A stretch of DNA of 25,746 bases from Bacillota bacterium (lineage in GTDB: Bacteria > Vulcanimicrobiota > JAJTBE01), in the NCBI GenBank assembly GCA_021287065.1, contig JAJTBE010000006.1, positions 1 to 25,746 of the forward strand. Reading direction: 5' to 3'. Positions within the stretch are counted from its first letter, which is position 1; each line of letters starts with the position of its first letter. Shown here piece by piece: positions 1 to 8,971 of the stretch. Made by a program: the position numbers and the translations under genes. The notes under the pieces were generated by a model, which worked only from the letters and a program-made list of their open reading frames with translations, was not told the DNA's origin and did not search any database.

Positions 1-273
1 CGGGGGACCGTGGGGGTTGGGGACCGTCAGAGGGAACCACGCTTTTTTAAAAAAGCGAGGTTGCCCTCCGAACCTCCCTCCTTGAAAAACAAGAGTATTG
101 GGCTGGAAATTGGAGTAAGTTTTACTAATTCAGTGGCATTGGGATTTGGGGACCCTCAGAGGGACCCACGCTTTTTTAAAAAAGCGAGGTTGCCCTCCGA
201 ACCTCCTTCCTTGAAAAACAGAACTCCTGGGCTGGGGGATTTGAGTGGATTTTTACTAATTCAGCGGCATTGA
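1..273. repeat. Two tandem copies (~14-133 and ~138-270) of a ~115-bp repeat module ('module A'). Each carries the perfect 18-nt palindrome cgcttttttaaaaaagcg (40-57; 169-186) flanked by 'ggggaccgtcagagggaacc' and 'gaggttgccctccgaacctccctcc'. The element is probably truncated by the window edge.
   Basis: Direct self-similarity inside 1-273 and to 13891-14010 (rc), 20905-20990 (rc) and 21826-22020. The ORF 10..273 (GTG start, no RBS) is a translation artefact of the repeat. Confidence 0.8.
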
Positions 274-471
274 GACGGACCCTGCCGGTCCTCGTCGAAG
301 CTGGAAGCCTCTCCTGCGATCCCTTGCTAAGCTTTTTGTTGTGCGGGATATTAGGTTGCTTAACAGCAGTAGCAGGCGATGTTGTTGTATCGAGCCGGAA
401 ATAAATTTACCGGGTTCAGCAGAGACTCAAACCGATTTAACTTCCTATGGTTGAAATAGTTTGTCTTTTTT

Positions 472-1839
472 TTGAAAAATCTGATAGAATTAGTATTGTA
501 TTCAGCAACAGTTTTTGAAAGTGAGCAGGTTATGTATCAGTATAAGGATTTTTTCAGAGGAACAGTTGAGGAAATTGAGCAGCGGCAGAATGGCCGTATA
601 AGGGAGATGGTGGAATATGCATACCACAATTCTTTCTTTTACAGGGAAATGATGGATATTGCAGAGGTGAAGCCTCAGGATGTGCAGACTGCCGGAGATT
701 TGAAAAAACTGCCCATAACAAGAAAAGATGATCTCCGGGAGTATAATGACAGATTTTTTGCGGCTCCCCGTTCTCGCTGGCTTGATATTGCCAGTACATC
801 GGGATCTACCGGTGCCCCTGTTTATATTCCGTTTACCCTGAAGGATATGGAAAGGATTTCTCTTTACGGAGCGCAGACTCTCAGCCTTTCCGGGCTTTCC
901 GGGGAGGATACGGTTCATCTTACCCTGCCAATGAGCGCCTGGCTCTGGATGGCAGGTTTCGGATTTTATTTCTGTTTTACAACTCTTGGAACCGGCGTTA
1001 CCCGCTTTGGTCCGGGGTTTTCCGAAAAATCCATAAGAATCATTCAGGAAACCTCTTCAACCGCCCTGATGGCTGCGCCGTCGTTTGCGCTCAAGCTGGG
1101 CAGGGAGATTAAGAGAAAAGGGATTTCCCACAGTATTAAACGCATCTTTATTGTTGGCGAAAATGTCCTTGACAGGGATTTAAAGAAAAACGGTCTGGGC
1201 AGGATGATTGAAGAAGCCTGGAATGCCGAGCTTTTCTCCTGTTACGGCGCTACGGAAGGTTGTTTTGTTACTGTGGAATGCAGCGCTCATAACGGACATC
1301 ATATCAACCCTGATGAGGTTTTCTTTGAGATTCTTGATCCTGATACTCTCGAACCTGTGGAAGACGGAAAAGAGGGGCTTGTTGCTATTACCCCCCTCGG
1401 CGTTGAGGGCATGCCTCTTCTCAGATACATGAACGGAGACAGATCCTATCTGATTCCCGGACCCTGCCCCTGCGGCAATATGCATAAAAGATTAGGCCCA
1501 ATACTTGCCCGGAATGATCACATGGTTAAAATCAAAGGTGTAATGGTATATCCTGACGCTGTAAAAAATGTGCTTTCTGAGAATGGAATTGTGATGATGC
1601 AGGTTGAGGTGGTTGAAAAGGATTTTGCCAATCATCTTATTGTATATATCCCTGCAAAACCGGGGGATAATACGGCATTTGAAGCTTTTATACAGGAGCA
1701 GATCCGGAGAAAACTGGGTGTCACTCTTGAGGTAAGAGCTATTGAGGAAGACGAACTTAATCACAGAATTATGCCGGAAGCTACCCGCAAGCCGGTGGTA
1801 TTTGTTGATAACAGACCAAAAAATAACGACAGGAATTAA
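472..1839 (+). CDS. Phenylacetate-CoA ligase / coenzyme F390 synthetase family adenylate-forming enzyme. The track start 472 is TTG; the more likely start is ATG 532 (MYQYKDFF...).
   Basis: Length and motif order are typical of the PaaK family: 'TSGSTGAPVY' AMP-binding P-loop-like motif, 'YGATE' and a C-terminal 'VKIKGVMVYP' region. There is no shadow-ORF competition. Confidence 0.8.
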   Translation: MKNLIELVLYSATVFESEQVMYQYKDFFRGTVEEIEQRQNGRIREMVEYAYHNSFFYREMMDIAEVKPQDVQTAGDLKKLPITRKDDLREYNDRFFAAPRSRWLDIASTSGSTGAPVYIPFTLKDMERISLYGAQTLSLSGLSGEDTVHLTLPMSAWLWMAGFGFYFCFTTLGTGVTRFGPGFSEKSIRIIQETSSTALMAAPSFALKLGREIKRKGISHSIKRIFIVGENVLDRDLKKNGLGRMIEEAWNAELFSCYGATEGCFVTVECSAHNGHHINPDEVFFEILDPDTLEPVEDGKEGLVAITPLGVEGMPLLRYMNGDRSYLIPGPCPCGNMHKRLGPILARNDHMVKIKGVMVYPDAVKNVLSENGIVMMQVEVVEKDFANHLIVYIPAKPGDNTAFEAFIQEQIRRKLGVTLEVRAIEEDELNHRIMPEATRKPVVFVDNRPKNNDRN

Positions 1840-1889
1840 ACTTCCGTCATAGAAAAAAAATCTGCAATTTAATTATCAGGGGTGGCAAA

Positions 1890-3419
1890 ATGGCACGAAT
1901 ATTCGAACACCAGAGCAAATCAGTTTTAAATAAGTTTAAGATAGGCATCCCCAGAGGAAAAACAGCTTCCACGCCTGAAGAGGCAGAGCAGATTGCTGTT
2001 GAATTCAACTGCCCTGTAGTGGTAAAAGCCCAGACCTGGACAACTGGAAGAGCAGGCACAGGGGGGATTAAATTTGCCGATACCCCGCAGCAGGCAAAAG
2101 AAGCTGCTGCATCGATCATAGGGCTGACTATAAAAGGATTTACCGTTGAAAAAGTTCTTGTTGAAGAGAAGCTTGATATCGAAAAAGAGTATTATGCGGG
2201 TATAATAATAGATGATTCCCATGCGTCGCCGGTTATGATATTCTCGGCGGTCGGCGGAACGGGAATCGAGGAGATCGCCAGGGAGCACCCTGATAAAGTG
2301 ATCCGACACACCATCGATATAAAAGAGGGGCTTCCTGATCATCATGCCCGAAACCTGCTTCGCAAAGTCGGCATCAGTGGGGCTGAACAATCAAAACTTG
2401 CCGATTTTCTGGTGAAACTTTATACCGCAGCGAGAACCTATGAAACCCGCTCGGCTGAAGTGAATCCTCTGGTAAGGGTGAAATCAGGCGATATTCTTGC
2501 CGCCGACTGCCATATGACTATTGATGATTATGCGGTTTTCCGCCATCCCGATTTGGGAATAGAAATTGCGAGGGAACTTTCAAATCCTCCGTCAGATCTT
2601 GACAAAATTGCATTTAATGTTGAAAAGAATGATTACAGGGGAACTTTCTATTTTATCCAGATGGAAAGGGAATTCTCCGGAGGTCAGGGATATGTGGGCT
2701 TCCACGGAGCCGGTGGCGGCGGATCCATGATGAGTATGGACGCTGTTCTTGCCGAGGGTTTCAAAATAGCCAACTTCTGCGACACATCGGGCAACCCCCC
2801 TGCTTCCAAGGTTTACCGCGCTGCTAAGATTATTATGGCACAGAAGGGAATCGATGCTTACTTCGGTTCCGGTTCAGGGGTTGCTTCTCAGGAGCAGTTT
2901 CATTCAGCCAGAGGCTTAGTTAAGGCGTTTCGTGAAAACTGGGTTACAATCCCCGTCGTAATGAGGCTTGGCGGCAATCAGGAAGAAAAAGCCATCGAGA
3001 TTATGACCAATTACACCAGAGATCTTCCTGCACCCATCGAATGTTACGGCAAGGAAACCCCTGCTTCACAATGCGCCCGCAGACTCAGGGAACTTGTGGA
3101 TAAGGCTGAAATCAGGGATATTCCGAAACCTGAAGAAAAACCCCACAAAGATGATTATGCCTTCAAAACGGTTTCCGGCGGTCAGGTTTCCTTTGACTAC
3201 AGTTATTGCGACAAGTGCGAATCAAAGGCTTGTGTGAGTGAATGCGTGCCTAAGATTCTTAAACTTGAGGAAGGCAGACCCGTTCTGGCAATCTCTGAAG
3301 CAGATGCCGCCAAAGGCAAATGCACCGAATGCCTCTGCTGCGAACTGGAATGTCAGTTTAAGGGCAACGGAGGGGGCAAAATCGACCTTCCCATAGCAGG
3401 TTTAAACGAATACAAATAG
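1890..3419 (+). CDS. Succinyl-CoA synthetase beta (SucC)/ATP-citrate-lyase-like ATP-grasp plus CoA-ligase domain protein, with a ~120-aa C-terminal Cys-rich extension of possible Fe-S/ferredoxin type ('CDKCESKACVSEC...CTECLCCELEC').
   Basis: Collinear similarity to E. coli SucC from memory: 'MARIFEHQSKSVL..TPEEAEQIA..PVVVKAQ..GGRGKAGG' N-terminus; 'EVNPLV..GDILAADCHMTIDDYAVFRHPDL'; 'GFHGAGGGGSMMSMDAVLAEG..ANFCDTSG'; 'PVVMRLGGNQEE'. RBS aggggtgg lies 6 nt before ATG 1890. Confidence 0.88.
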   Translation: MARIFEHQSKSVLNKFKIGIPRGKTASTPEEAEQIAVEFNCPVVVKAQTWTTGRAGTGGIKFADTPQQAKEAAASIIGLTIKGFTVEKVLVEEKLDIEKEYYAGIIIDDSHASPVMIFSAVGGTGIEEIAREHPDKVIRHTIDIKEGLPDHHARNLLRKVGISGAEQSKLADFLVKLYTAARTYETRSAEVNPLVRVKSGDILAADCHMTIDDYAVFRHPDLGIEIARELSNPPSDLDKIAFNVEKNDYRGTFYFIQMEREFSGGQGYVGFHGAGGGGSMMSMDAVLAEGFKIANFCDTSGNPPASKVYRAAKIIMAQKGIDAYFGSGSGVASQEQFHSARGLVKAFRENWVTIPVVMRLGGNQEEKAIEIMTNYTRDLPAPIECYGKETPASQCARRLRELVDKAEIRDIPKPEEKPHKDDYAFKTVSGGQVSFDYSYCDKCESKACVSECVPKILKLEEGRPVLAISEADAAKGKCTECLCCELECQFKGNGGGKIDLPIAGLNEYK

Positions 3420-3518
3420 ATGGAGATTCCATCCCCATATCGGCATTTACCCATTATTCCGCCGGTTTTCCGGATCTCTGGCGGAACTGGTTATTAACAT
3501 AATATTTGAGGTTTTAAG

Positions 3519-4961
3519 ATGCAGGTTCATGATAAATATATAATCTACAATCCCACTGTGCAGACAGCTTCGGCAGCTCCCAAATCTGAGCCGGTTAAAC
3601 TTACACCGTCTGCCTGGCAGAAGGAAACTCTCGGCGCTCTTGAGCTTTTTGACGAGAAAAAAACAAAATTTTCTCCCCTGACTGATTCAGGTTCAAAACA
3701 GGGGGAAAAAACCGGCCGTGAAGCTCCGGCGGCAGAGTCTCCCGCAGCTTCAGGGGGCGGAGAGGCTCAGACAGTTGAAAACTCTCAGGCAAAAGAGATT
3801 ATCAATGCACCAAACGGCAACGAGGTTCTCAAGCCCGGGTTTGTGTTGAAAAATGACCAGCATCCCCATATTCACAACAAAAAGCTGCAGGATGGAAACA
3901 ACCCACAGCCTCTGATTGAAGGCGCTCCCAATTTCAGAAAAGTAAAGGATGAAAATACCTATGGGGTAGGGCAGCCTACCGTTGACGGTATGAAAGCTGT
4001 ATTGAAGGAAGCTGGTGCAGCTCCCGGATGCGAACCTCAGAAAAAAGCAGTCTGGGTAAATCTGCGTGAAGAACCTGTGGTCTATATAAACGGAAAACCT
4101 CACAACCTCCGTCAGGACGGGGACAAAACCATATTTAAGAATTTCGAGAATCCCGGCGCCACCAAAGAAGATGTGGAAGCTATGGAAAAGAAGATGAAAG
4201 CTGAGATTCTTGAAGAAGCAAAGAAAAACGGCGGAAAAATGCTTGTAGCCGATGAAACTCCCGATGGCAAGGTTGTTTACAAGTGGGAAAAAGTTGATGA
4301 AAATTCAGTGAAAACCGTCGGCGAGGTTTATGACGACCTCAAAAAAGAAGGTTATAATGTTGAATACGACCGGGTTCCAATCACTGATGAAAAGAAACCG
4401 GAGCCAAAGGATTTCGAATCACTGACCGACAGGCTCAAGGGTGTGGACAAGGACACTCCCGTTATTTTCAACTGCCACGCAGGAAGAGGCAGAACCACAA
4501 CCGGAACTGTAGTTGCCAGCATTATCAGAAAAAACCAGAACGAGGAAGCTTCCGGCAAGTTCACCAAAAATCAGGGTATAAAAGATGATATCCGGGAACA
4601 GGGCAATTATTCACGAACAGAATACCGCAAGATTTTCAACTTTATAAACCTGATTCAGAAAAATCCCGCTTCGAAAGATGAAGTGGACAAGCTTATCGAT
4701 AAGAATTCGGATATGCAGAACCTTCGTGATGTTATCAAAACAGAAAAGGAAAAAGCAGGCGGATACAGCGGAAAAGCTCAGGATTATCTTGAACGCTACC
4801 ACAGCCTTATTTCCTATGATGCTTATGTAAAAGCGGAGGGTCCCGGTTTCAGTAAATCCTATACCCAGTGGTCAAGCGAACATCCGGAAATTAACCAGCA
4901 GATTGAAACAATCAGAACTGCGATGCACTTCCCCGGAAATCTTACAACAGCGGCGGCATAG
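3519..4961 (+). CDS. PTP-like phytase / paladin-type cysteine phosphatase domain protein (CX5R P-loop 'NCHAGRGRTTTG' and upstream 'EGAPNFR' motif). The N-terminal ~90 aa are low-complexity Ala/Gly/Pro/Ser-rich with no signal peptide.
   Basis: Both motifs are hallmarks of the PTP-like phytase family (established knowledge). RBS gagg lies 7 nt upstream of ATG 3519. Confidence 0.85.
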   Translation: MQVHDKYIIYNPTVQTASAAPKSEPVKLTPSAWQKETLGALELFDEKKTKFSPLTDSGSKQGEKTGREAPAAESPAASGGGEAQTVENSQAKEIINAPNGNEVLKPGFVLKNDQHPHIHNKKLQDGNNPQPLIEGAPNFRKVKDENTYGVGQPTVDGMKAVLKEAGAAPGCEPQKKAVWVNLREEPVVYINGKPHNLRQDGDKTIFKNFENPGATKEDVEAMEKKMKAEILEEAKKNGGKMLVADETPDGKVVYKWEKVDENSVKTVGEVYDDLKKEGYNVEYDRVPITDEKKPEPKDFESLTDRLKGVDKDTPVIFNCHAGRGRTTTGTVVASIIRKNQNEEASGKFTKNQGIKDDIREQGNYSRTEYRKIFNFINLIQKNPASKDEVDKLIDKNSDMQNLRDVIKTEKEKAGGYSGKAQDYLERYHSLISYDAYVKAEGPGFSKSYTQWSSEHPEINQQIETIRTAMHFPGNLTTAAA

Positions 4962-5678
4962 ATGGACGATCAGCAAAAAATCGGAAATGAAACAGAACAG
5001 GAAAAGGACCTGAACCTCCTTGTGGAATGGGAGGATGAAGCTTCTGCTTCGGAATTGTCTGAAAAAGACGGCGAAGATGATGTTCTTTCAATTTCTTCTG
5101 CTGAAACTTCAAAAGAAGATGACAGTTCATTTGAGGGAATCACCATCAGGAATGAATCGGAAGAAGCACACCTTCTTTCAATAGCTGGAACGGGAGACCC
5201 CCATATATGCTTTGGAGCGGAAGCATTTCCCGAACTTCCTGAGGAAGATGAATTCAAATGGAGCGACGAACTCGACCGTGCCATTGATGAAGCTCTGGAA
5301 CAGATGAGCGGAATTTCCGCTCCTGTGGTATATTCAAGGCTGAAAAGGATTACTGCTTTATTTTCCGCCGGAGATATAACCAGAGAAAGAGCATTATTTC
5401 TTCTGGATGAAGTTGACACTTATCTGAAAAAGCAGATAACAATAAGGGTAAATGCCATTCCCATCGCCCACGAGGGAATGCAGAAAGCTCGATCGCTGCT
5501 CCTTGATGCTTTATACTCATTTCACGAATCCTGCGCCGCCCTGAGAAACTACATAAAAACCGATGCGGAAGAAGACAGGGTTCTTGGTGAAAACCTTGCA
5601 GAACACGGAATCGCAAACGCCCTCGAAGGCGTAGAGGAAATGCTCGGTGCAGAACCCGGGGAGTATGAGGAAGAATAG
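4962..5678 (+). CDS. Highly acidic (Asp/Glu-rich) 238-aa hypothetical protein. Its start codon directly abuts the stop of the upstream phosphatase gene.
   Basis: Long ORF with a coding-like composition. Stop TAG 4959-4961 is followed at once by ATG 4962, suggesting translational coupling. No recognisable motifs. Confidence 0.6.
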   Translation: MDDQQKIGNETEQEKDLNLLVEWEDEASASELSEKDGEDDVLSISSAETSKEDDSSFEGITIRNESEEAHLLSIAGTGDPHICFGAEAFPELPEEDEFKWSDELDRAIDEALEQMSGISAPVVYSRLKRITALFSAGDITRERALFLLDEVDTYLKKQITIRVNAIPIAHEGMQKARSLLLDALYSFHESCAALRNYIKTDAEEDRVLGENLAEHGIANALEGVEEMLGAEPGEYEEE

Positions 5679-5752
5679 CTTCCTGAAGGTGTTTCCTGCT
5701 GAAGGCATAATTATAATCTAAATACATTTTTACCAAACAGGAGAAGATAAGG

Positions 5753-6853
5753 GTGAAGGAATCGAAGCCTCCGGGAATTATGATTTCCGGTTATTACGGA
5801 TTTGGGAATGCTGGGGATGAGGCAATACTTGCATCTATTGTGCGGCAGTTGAAGAAGAACATCCCAGGCGTCCGCATTATTGTTCTTTCAGAATCGCCTC
5901 TGGAAACCGCAGCAGCTTTTGATGTGGAATCCCACAACCGGAAAGATATGCTTGGTATTATGCGCCGTATGAGTAAAATCGATCTGCTTATCAGCGGAGG
6001 CGGGGGCTTAATTCAGGACAGCACCGGTTTTTCCACTGTTACATACTATCTTGGCATAGTTCAGATGGCTAAGATGCTTGGTAAGAAAGTAATGTTCTAT
6101 GCTCAGGGTCTTGGACCCCTCAATCTTTCAAAAAGCAGAAAATTTGCTGCCTTTGTTATGAATCAGGTTGATTTTATAACATTTCGTGATGAAGATTCAG
6201 TTACTCTTGCAAGAGAAATAGGGGTAACAAAACCACCTATTCATGTAACCGGAGATCCGGTGTTTGCTCTGGAAGCGCCCGGGGATGATATTCTTGATCC
6301 TGTGGCAAAGGCTGAAAAACTTGAGCCGGGAGCATTCAGGCTCGGTATTTCTGTTCGCCCGTGGAAGACGGATTCTGATTATATTGCTGATATTGCAAAA
6401 ACCGCAGATTTTTTTGTGAAGGAAAAGAAAGCTTTTGTTTATCTTTTTCCTTTTCAGGAATCACAGGACCTTGAAATATGCAAGAAAATCCAGCGACAGA
6501 TGGAGAATACCGCACGAATTATTCCCAGAAAGTATCCTGTTGATGTTATGCTTGGTCTTATGGGCCGTATGGACATGGTTCTCGGAATGAGGCTCCACTC
6601 CCTGATTTTCTCCGTTGTGCAGAATACTCCGGCAGCAGGAATCTCATATGATCCCAAGGTATCAGCGCTTTGCGAAATAGCCGGGCTTCCCTATCTTCAT
6701 CTTGATGTTGTTACAAAGGACAGTATTATGGACCTTGCATTGTCCGTATATGAGAAAAAAGATGACATAAAATGGAACTTACCGGCAAAAAGCAGTGTTT
6801 TAAAAGAGAAGGCGGAAAAAAACACCCAGCTGCTTATCGAAAATCTGCTTTAA
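5753..6853 (+). CDS. csaB: Polysaccharide pyruvyl transferase, CsaB family. GTG 5753 has an RBS; the alternative start is ATG 5780.
   Basis: N-terminal 'ISGYYGFGNAGDEAIL' is the signature start of CsaB/pyruvyl-transferase proteins, and the length (366 aa) matches. RBS aggaga lies 7 nt before GTG 5753. Confidence 0.8.
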   Translation: MKESKPPGIMISGYYGFGNAGDEAILASIVRQLKKNIPGVRIIVLSESPLETAAAFDVESHNRKDMLGIMRRMSKIDLLISGGGGLIQDSTGFSTVTYYLGIVQMAKMLGKKVMFYAQGLGPLNLSKSRKFAAFVMNQVDFITFRDEDSVTLAREIGVTKPPIHVTGDPVFALEAPGDDILDPVAKAEKLEPGAFRLGISVRPWKTDSDYIADIAKTADFFVKEKKAFVYLFPFQESQDLEICKKIQRQMENTARIIPRKYPVDVMLGLMGRMDMVLGMRLHSLIFSVVQNTPAAGISYDPKVSALCEIAGLPYLHLDVVTKDSIMDLALSVYEKKDDIKWNLPAKSSVLKEKAEKNTQLLIENLL

Positions 6854-7015
6854 AAGAACATTTACAGGAACTGACCCTGAAGTAATAGCGGTTAACAATA
6901 CCCGGCTTTTGGGGCAGCTTCTTTTTTAGCGGATGATGCCTTAAGCCTGCAGAAAAACTGTTTCGAATTATTTACGCAGGCAGCCCCTCAGAATAAATTA
7001 TAAGGGGGACTAAAA

Positions 7016-8005
7016 ATGTTGAAATTAAAATATGGTATCACCGCTGTTCTCGTTCTGTTGATTTCATTCATTTTGATTTTGTTTCAGGGAAAAACAGAAG
7101 AAATACACGCCCACCCGAATGCAGATGCCCACCCTGCTGTAGGAGCTTCCCCCGGCCTTGCTGTTTCGCCTGAAGCTGCAGAGGCATTTGCATTGCTTGA
7201 TAAGGGGAAATATACCGAACTGCAGGAAAAACTCAGAAAAAATCCCTCTCTGCTGAATGTAAGAAATGCAAATGGTGAAACAATGCTCAATATCTGCTCG
7301 AAATACGGCGTGAGAGATTTCTGTGTTCTGCTGGTGCAAATGGGAGCTGATGTTAAGATTAAGGATCTCAACGGACTGACCCCACTGCACGGTTCTGCCC
7401 TTTCCGGAGATATTCAAATAGCTGAGCTTCTGCTGAAAAAAGGCGTAAACATAAATTCCACAACTTCAAGGGGGATGACTCCCCTCCATTTTGCCGCAAT
7501 GCGCGGAGATGAAAAAATGGTGAAGTTTCTCAAAGAAAAAGGGGCGGAAATACATGTGAAAGACAGCTTTTATGGATATACTCCCCTTCATCTGTCTGCC
7601 AGAAACGGAAATCTGGCGGTAGTCGAATTCTTTCTTAAATCGGGAATAGATGTTAATGAGAGAGATGCAGGCGGATGGACCGCTCTTCATTGCGCAGCGG
7701 CATCCTGCAGAAAGGAAGTGTGCCGGATCCTTATTTCCAGAGGAGCAAGACTCAGTGCAGTAGGCAACGGCGGAGAATATCCCGTGCATGAAGCTGTTAT
7801 GAGCGGAGATCCCGACACTCTCAGTTTTATTCTTGATTGCGGTGCTGATATAAACTGTGTTGATAAAGACGGCAGAACACCCCTCGACTGGGCTGACGAG
7901 CAGCCTCACCTTAAAGGACTTCTTGAAGGAAGGGGAGCAAAAAGAGGGAAAGATCTAAAACCTGATATCTGGCAGGATTTTAAGAATTTATTTTGGAATA
8001 ATTAG
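7016..8005 (+). CDS. Secreted or membrane-anchored ankyrin-repeat protein (N-terminal hydrophobic signal 'ITAVLVLLISFILILF', about 6 ANK repeats).
   Basis: Repeated 'G.TPLH.A...G' ANK consensus (e.g. 'NGLTPLHGSALSGDIQIAELLLKKGVNIN', 'GMTPLHFAAMRGDEKMVKFL'). RBS aaggggga lies before ATG 7016. Confidence 0.85.
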   Translation: MLKLKYGITAVLVLLISFILILFQGKTEEIHAHPNADAHPAVGASPGLAVSPEAAEAFALLDKGKYTELQEKLRKNPSLLNVRNANGETMLNICSKYGVRDFCVLLVQMGADVKIKDLNGLTPLHGSALSGDIQIAELLLKKGVNINSTTSRGMTPLHFAAMRGDEKMVKFLKEKGAEIHVKDSFYGYTPLHLSARNGNLAVVEFFLKSGIDVNERDAGGWTALHCAAASCRKEVCRILISRGARLSAVGNGGEYPVHEAVMSGDPDTLSFILDCGADINCVDKDGRTPLDWADEQPHLKGLLEGRGAKRGKDLKPDIWQDFKNLFWNN

Positions 8006-8022
8006 TTGAAGCGAGGTGCAAC

Positions 8023-8358
8023 ATGGGACTTACGAGAAATCTTGAAATAATCAGAGACATTCTGGCGAGAGAGCTGGAAACTGTCAGCACATACCAGCGC
8101 TGGGCTGAGGAAGTGGACAATGAAGAGCTGAAGAGAATGATTGGCCACATCCGTGATGAAGAAAAGGAACATATTGCAGAATGCTATAAATACCTTTCCC
8201 TTCATGACGCAACACAGGATCATGCCAATGAGGAAGTTGACGAAGAACATTTTCCAAATGGTGTTTTTGTCGCAACCCCTGCAGGAGAAGCATCACCGGA
8301 AGCAGAGGAAAACAAATCACTTTCTCCTGATAGCCTCACCGTCGGAAGCCTGAAGTAA
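8023..8358 (+). CDS. Encapsulated-ferritin (EncFtn)-like ferritin-fold protein carrying a C-terminal encapsulin cargo-loading peptide ('...SPDSLTVGSLK*').
   Basis: The core 'ELETVSTYQRW..ELKRMIGHIRDEEKEHIAECYKYL' parallels the characterised EncFtn motif '..AVDWYDQR..ELTAILAHNRDEEKEHAAMTLEWL' (Glu/ExxH metal ligands; quoted from memory). A P/E/A/S-rich linker precedes the terminal 'LTVGSLK', matching the family-1 encapsulin targeting-peptide consensus. RBS gaggtg is present and the gene starts 17 nt after the ankyrin gene. Confidence 0.85.
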   Translation: MGLTRNLEIIRDILARELETVSTYQRWAEEVDNEELKRMIGHIRDEEKEHIAECYKYLSLHDATQDHANEEVDEEHFPNGVFVATPAGEASPEAEENKSLSPDSLTVGSLK

Positions 8359-8365
8359 AGCTCCG

Positions 8366-8809
8366 ATGAAGTATGATAAGGAAAAGCAGATATTCAGAGA
8401 TTTTCTGAAAAAGAAGAATCTAAAGCGAACTGAACAGAGGGATATAATCCTCGAAACCTTCCTTAAACTCGAAGGTCATATTTCACCTGAGGATTTTTAT
8501 CAGAAGTTGAGAAAGAAACATCCTGATATAGGGCTTTCTACCGTTTACCGCACCTTAAAGCTGTTCTCAGAGTGCGAACTTGCCCGGGAAGTTCAGCGCC
8601 GGGATGGAGGCACTCTTTTTGAACACGAACACGAACACCCCCACCACGATCATATGCTCTGTAGTCAATGCGGGAGATACTTTGAATTTTATGACGATCT
8701 TGTTGAGAGGCTTCAGGAAGATATTGCTCATAAACACAACTTCAAAATGACAGGCCATAATCTGGAAATTTTCGGCATCTGCAGCGGTTGCCAGACTGAA
8801 CAGGAATAA
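8366..8809 (+). CDS. fur: Fur-family metal-responsive transcriptional regulator (Fur/PerR/Zur-like).
   Basis: 'RTEQRDIILETF', 'STVYRTLKLF', a His-rich metal site 'HEHEHPHHDH' and a C-terminal CxxC...CxxC pair. The gene starts 7 nt after the EncFtn stop, so it is probably co-transcribed. Confidence 0.9.
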   Translation: MKYDKEKQIFRDFLKKKNLKRTEQRDIILETFLKLEGHISPEDFYQKLRKKHPDIGLSTVYRTLKLFSECELAREVQRRDGGTLFEHEHEHPHHDHMLCSQCGRYFEFYDDLVERLQEDIAHKHNFKMTGHNLEIFGICSGCQTEQE

Positions 8810-8971
8810 CGCCGGCTTTTAAAAACAGGTTTCCACCGGATTCCTGATTTGCGCGTTAATTCATCATCGTGAAGCAGCTCCGCCGTTATAGCCTGAATTC
8901 AGTCTGAATGGTATAATAAGCATACTGTCTATTTTTTGATATGGATCTATTATAATTTTCAGGGGGATATG

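Noticed and set aside
10-273. ORFs translating the repeat units (10..273, 13988..14188, 20625..20999, 20969..21196, 21093..21293, 21191..21403, 21861..22109), all giving the recurring peptide 'REPRFFKKARLPSEPPSLKNK'.
   Set aside because: They only recur because the same palindromic DNA recurs. They have non-ATG starts and no RBS, occur in both orientations and are interrupted by the hairpins. They are translation artefacts of a non-coding repeat.
6854-7015. Fur/PerR box ('gaataaattataagg', 'gaataattag') upstream of the ankyrin-EncFtn-fur operon.
   Set aside because: These are only partial matches to the 19-bp Fur or PerR consensus. They cannot be supported without a PWM scan.
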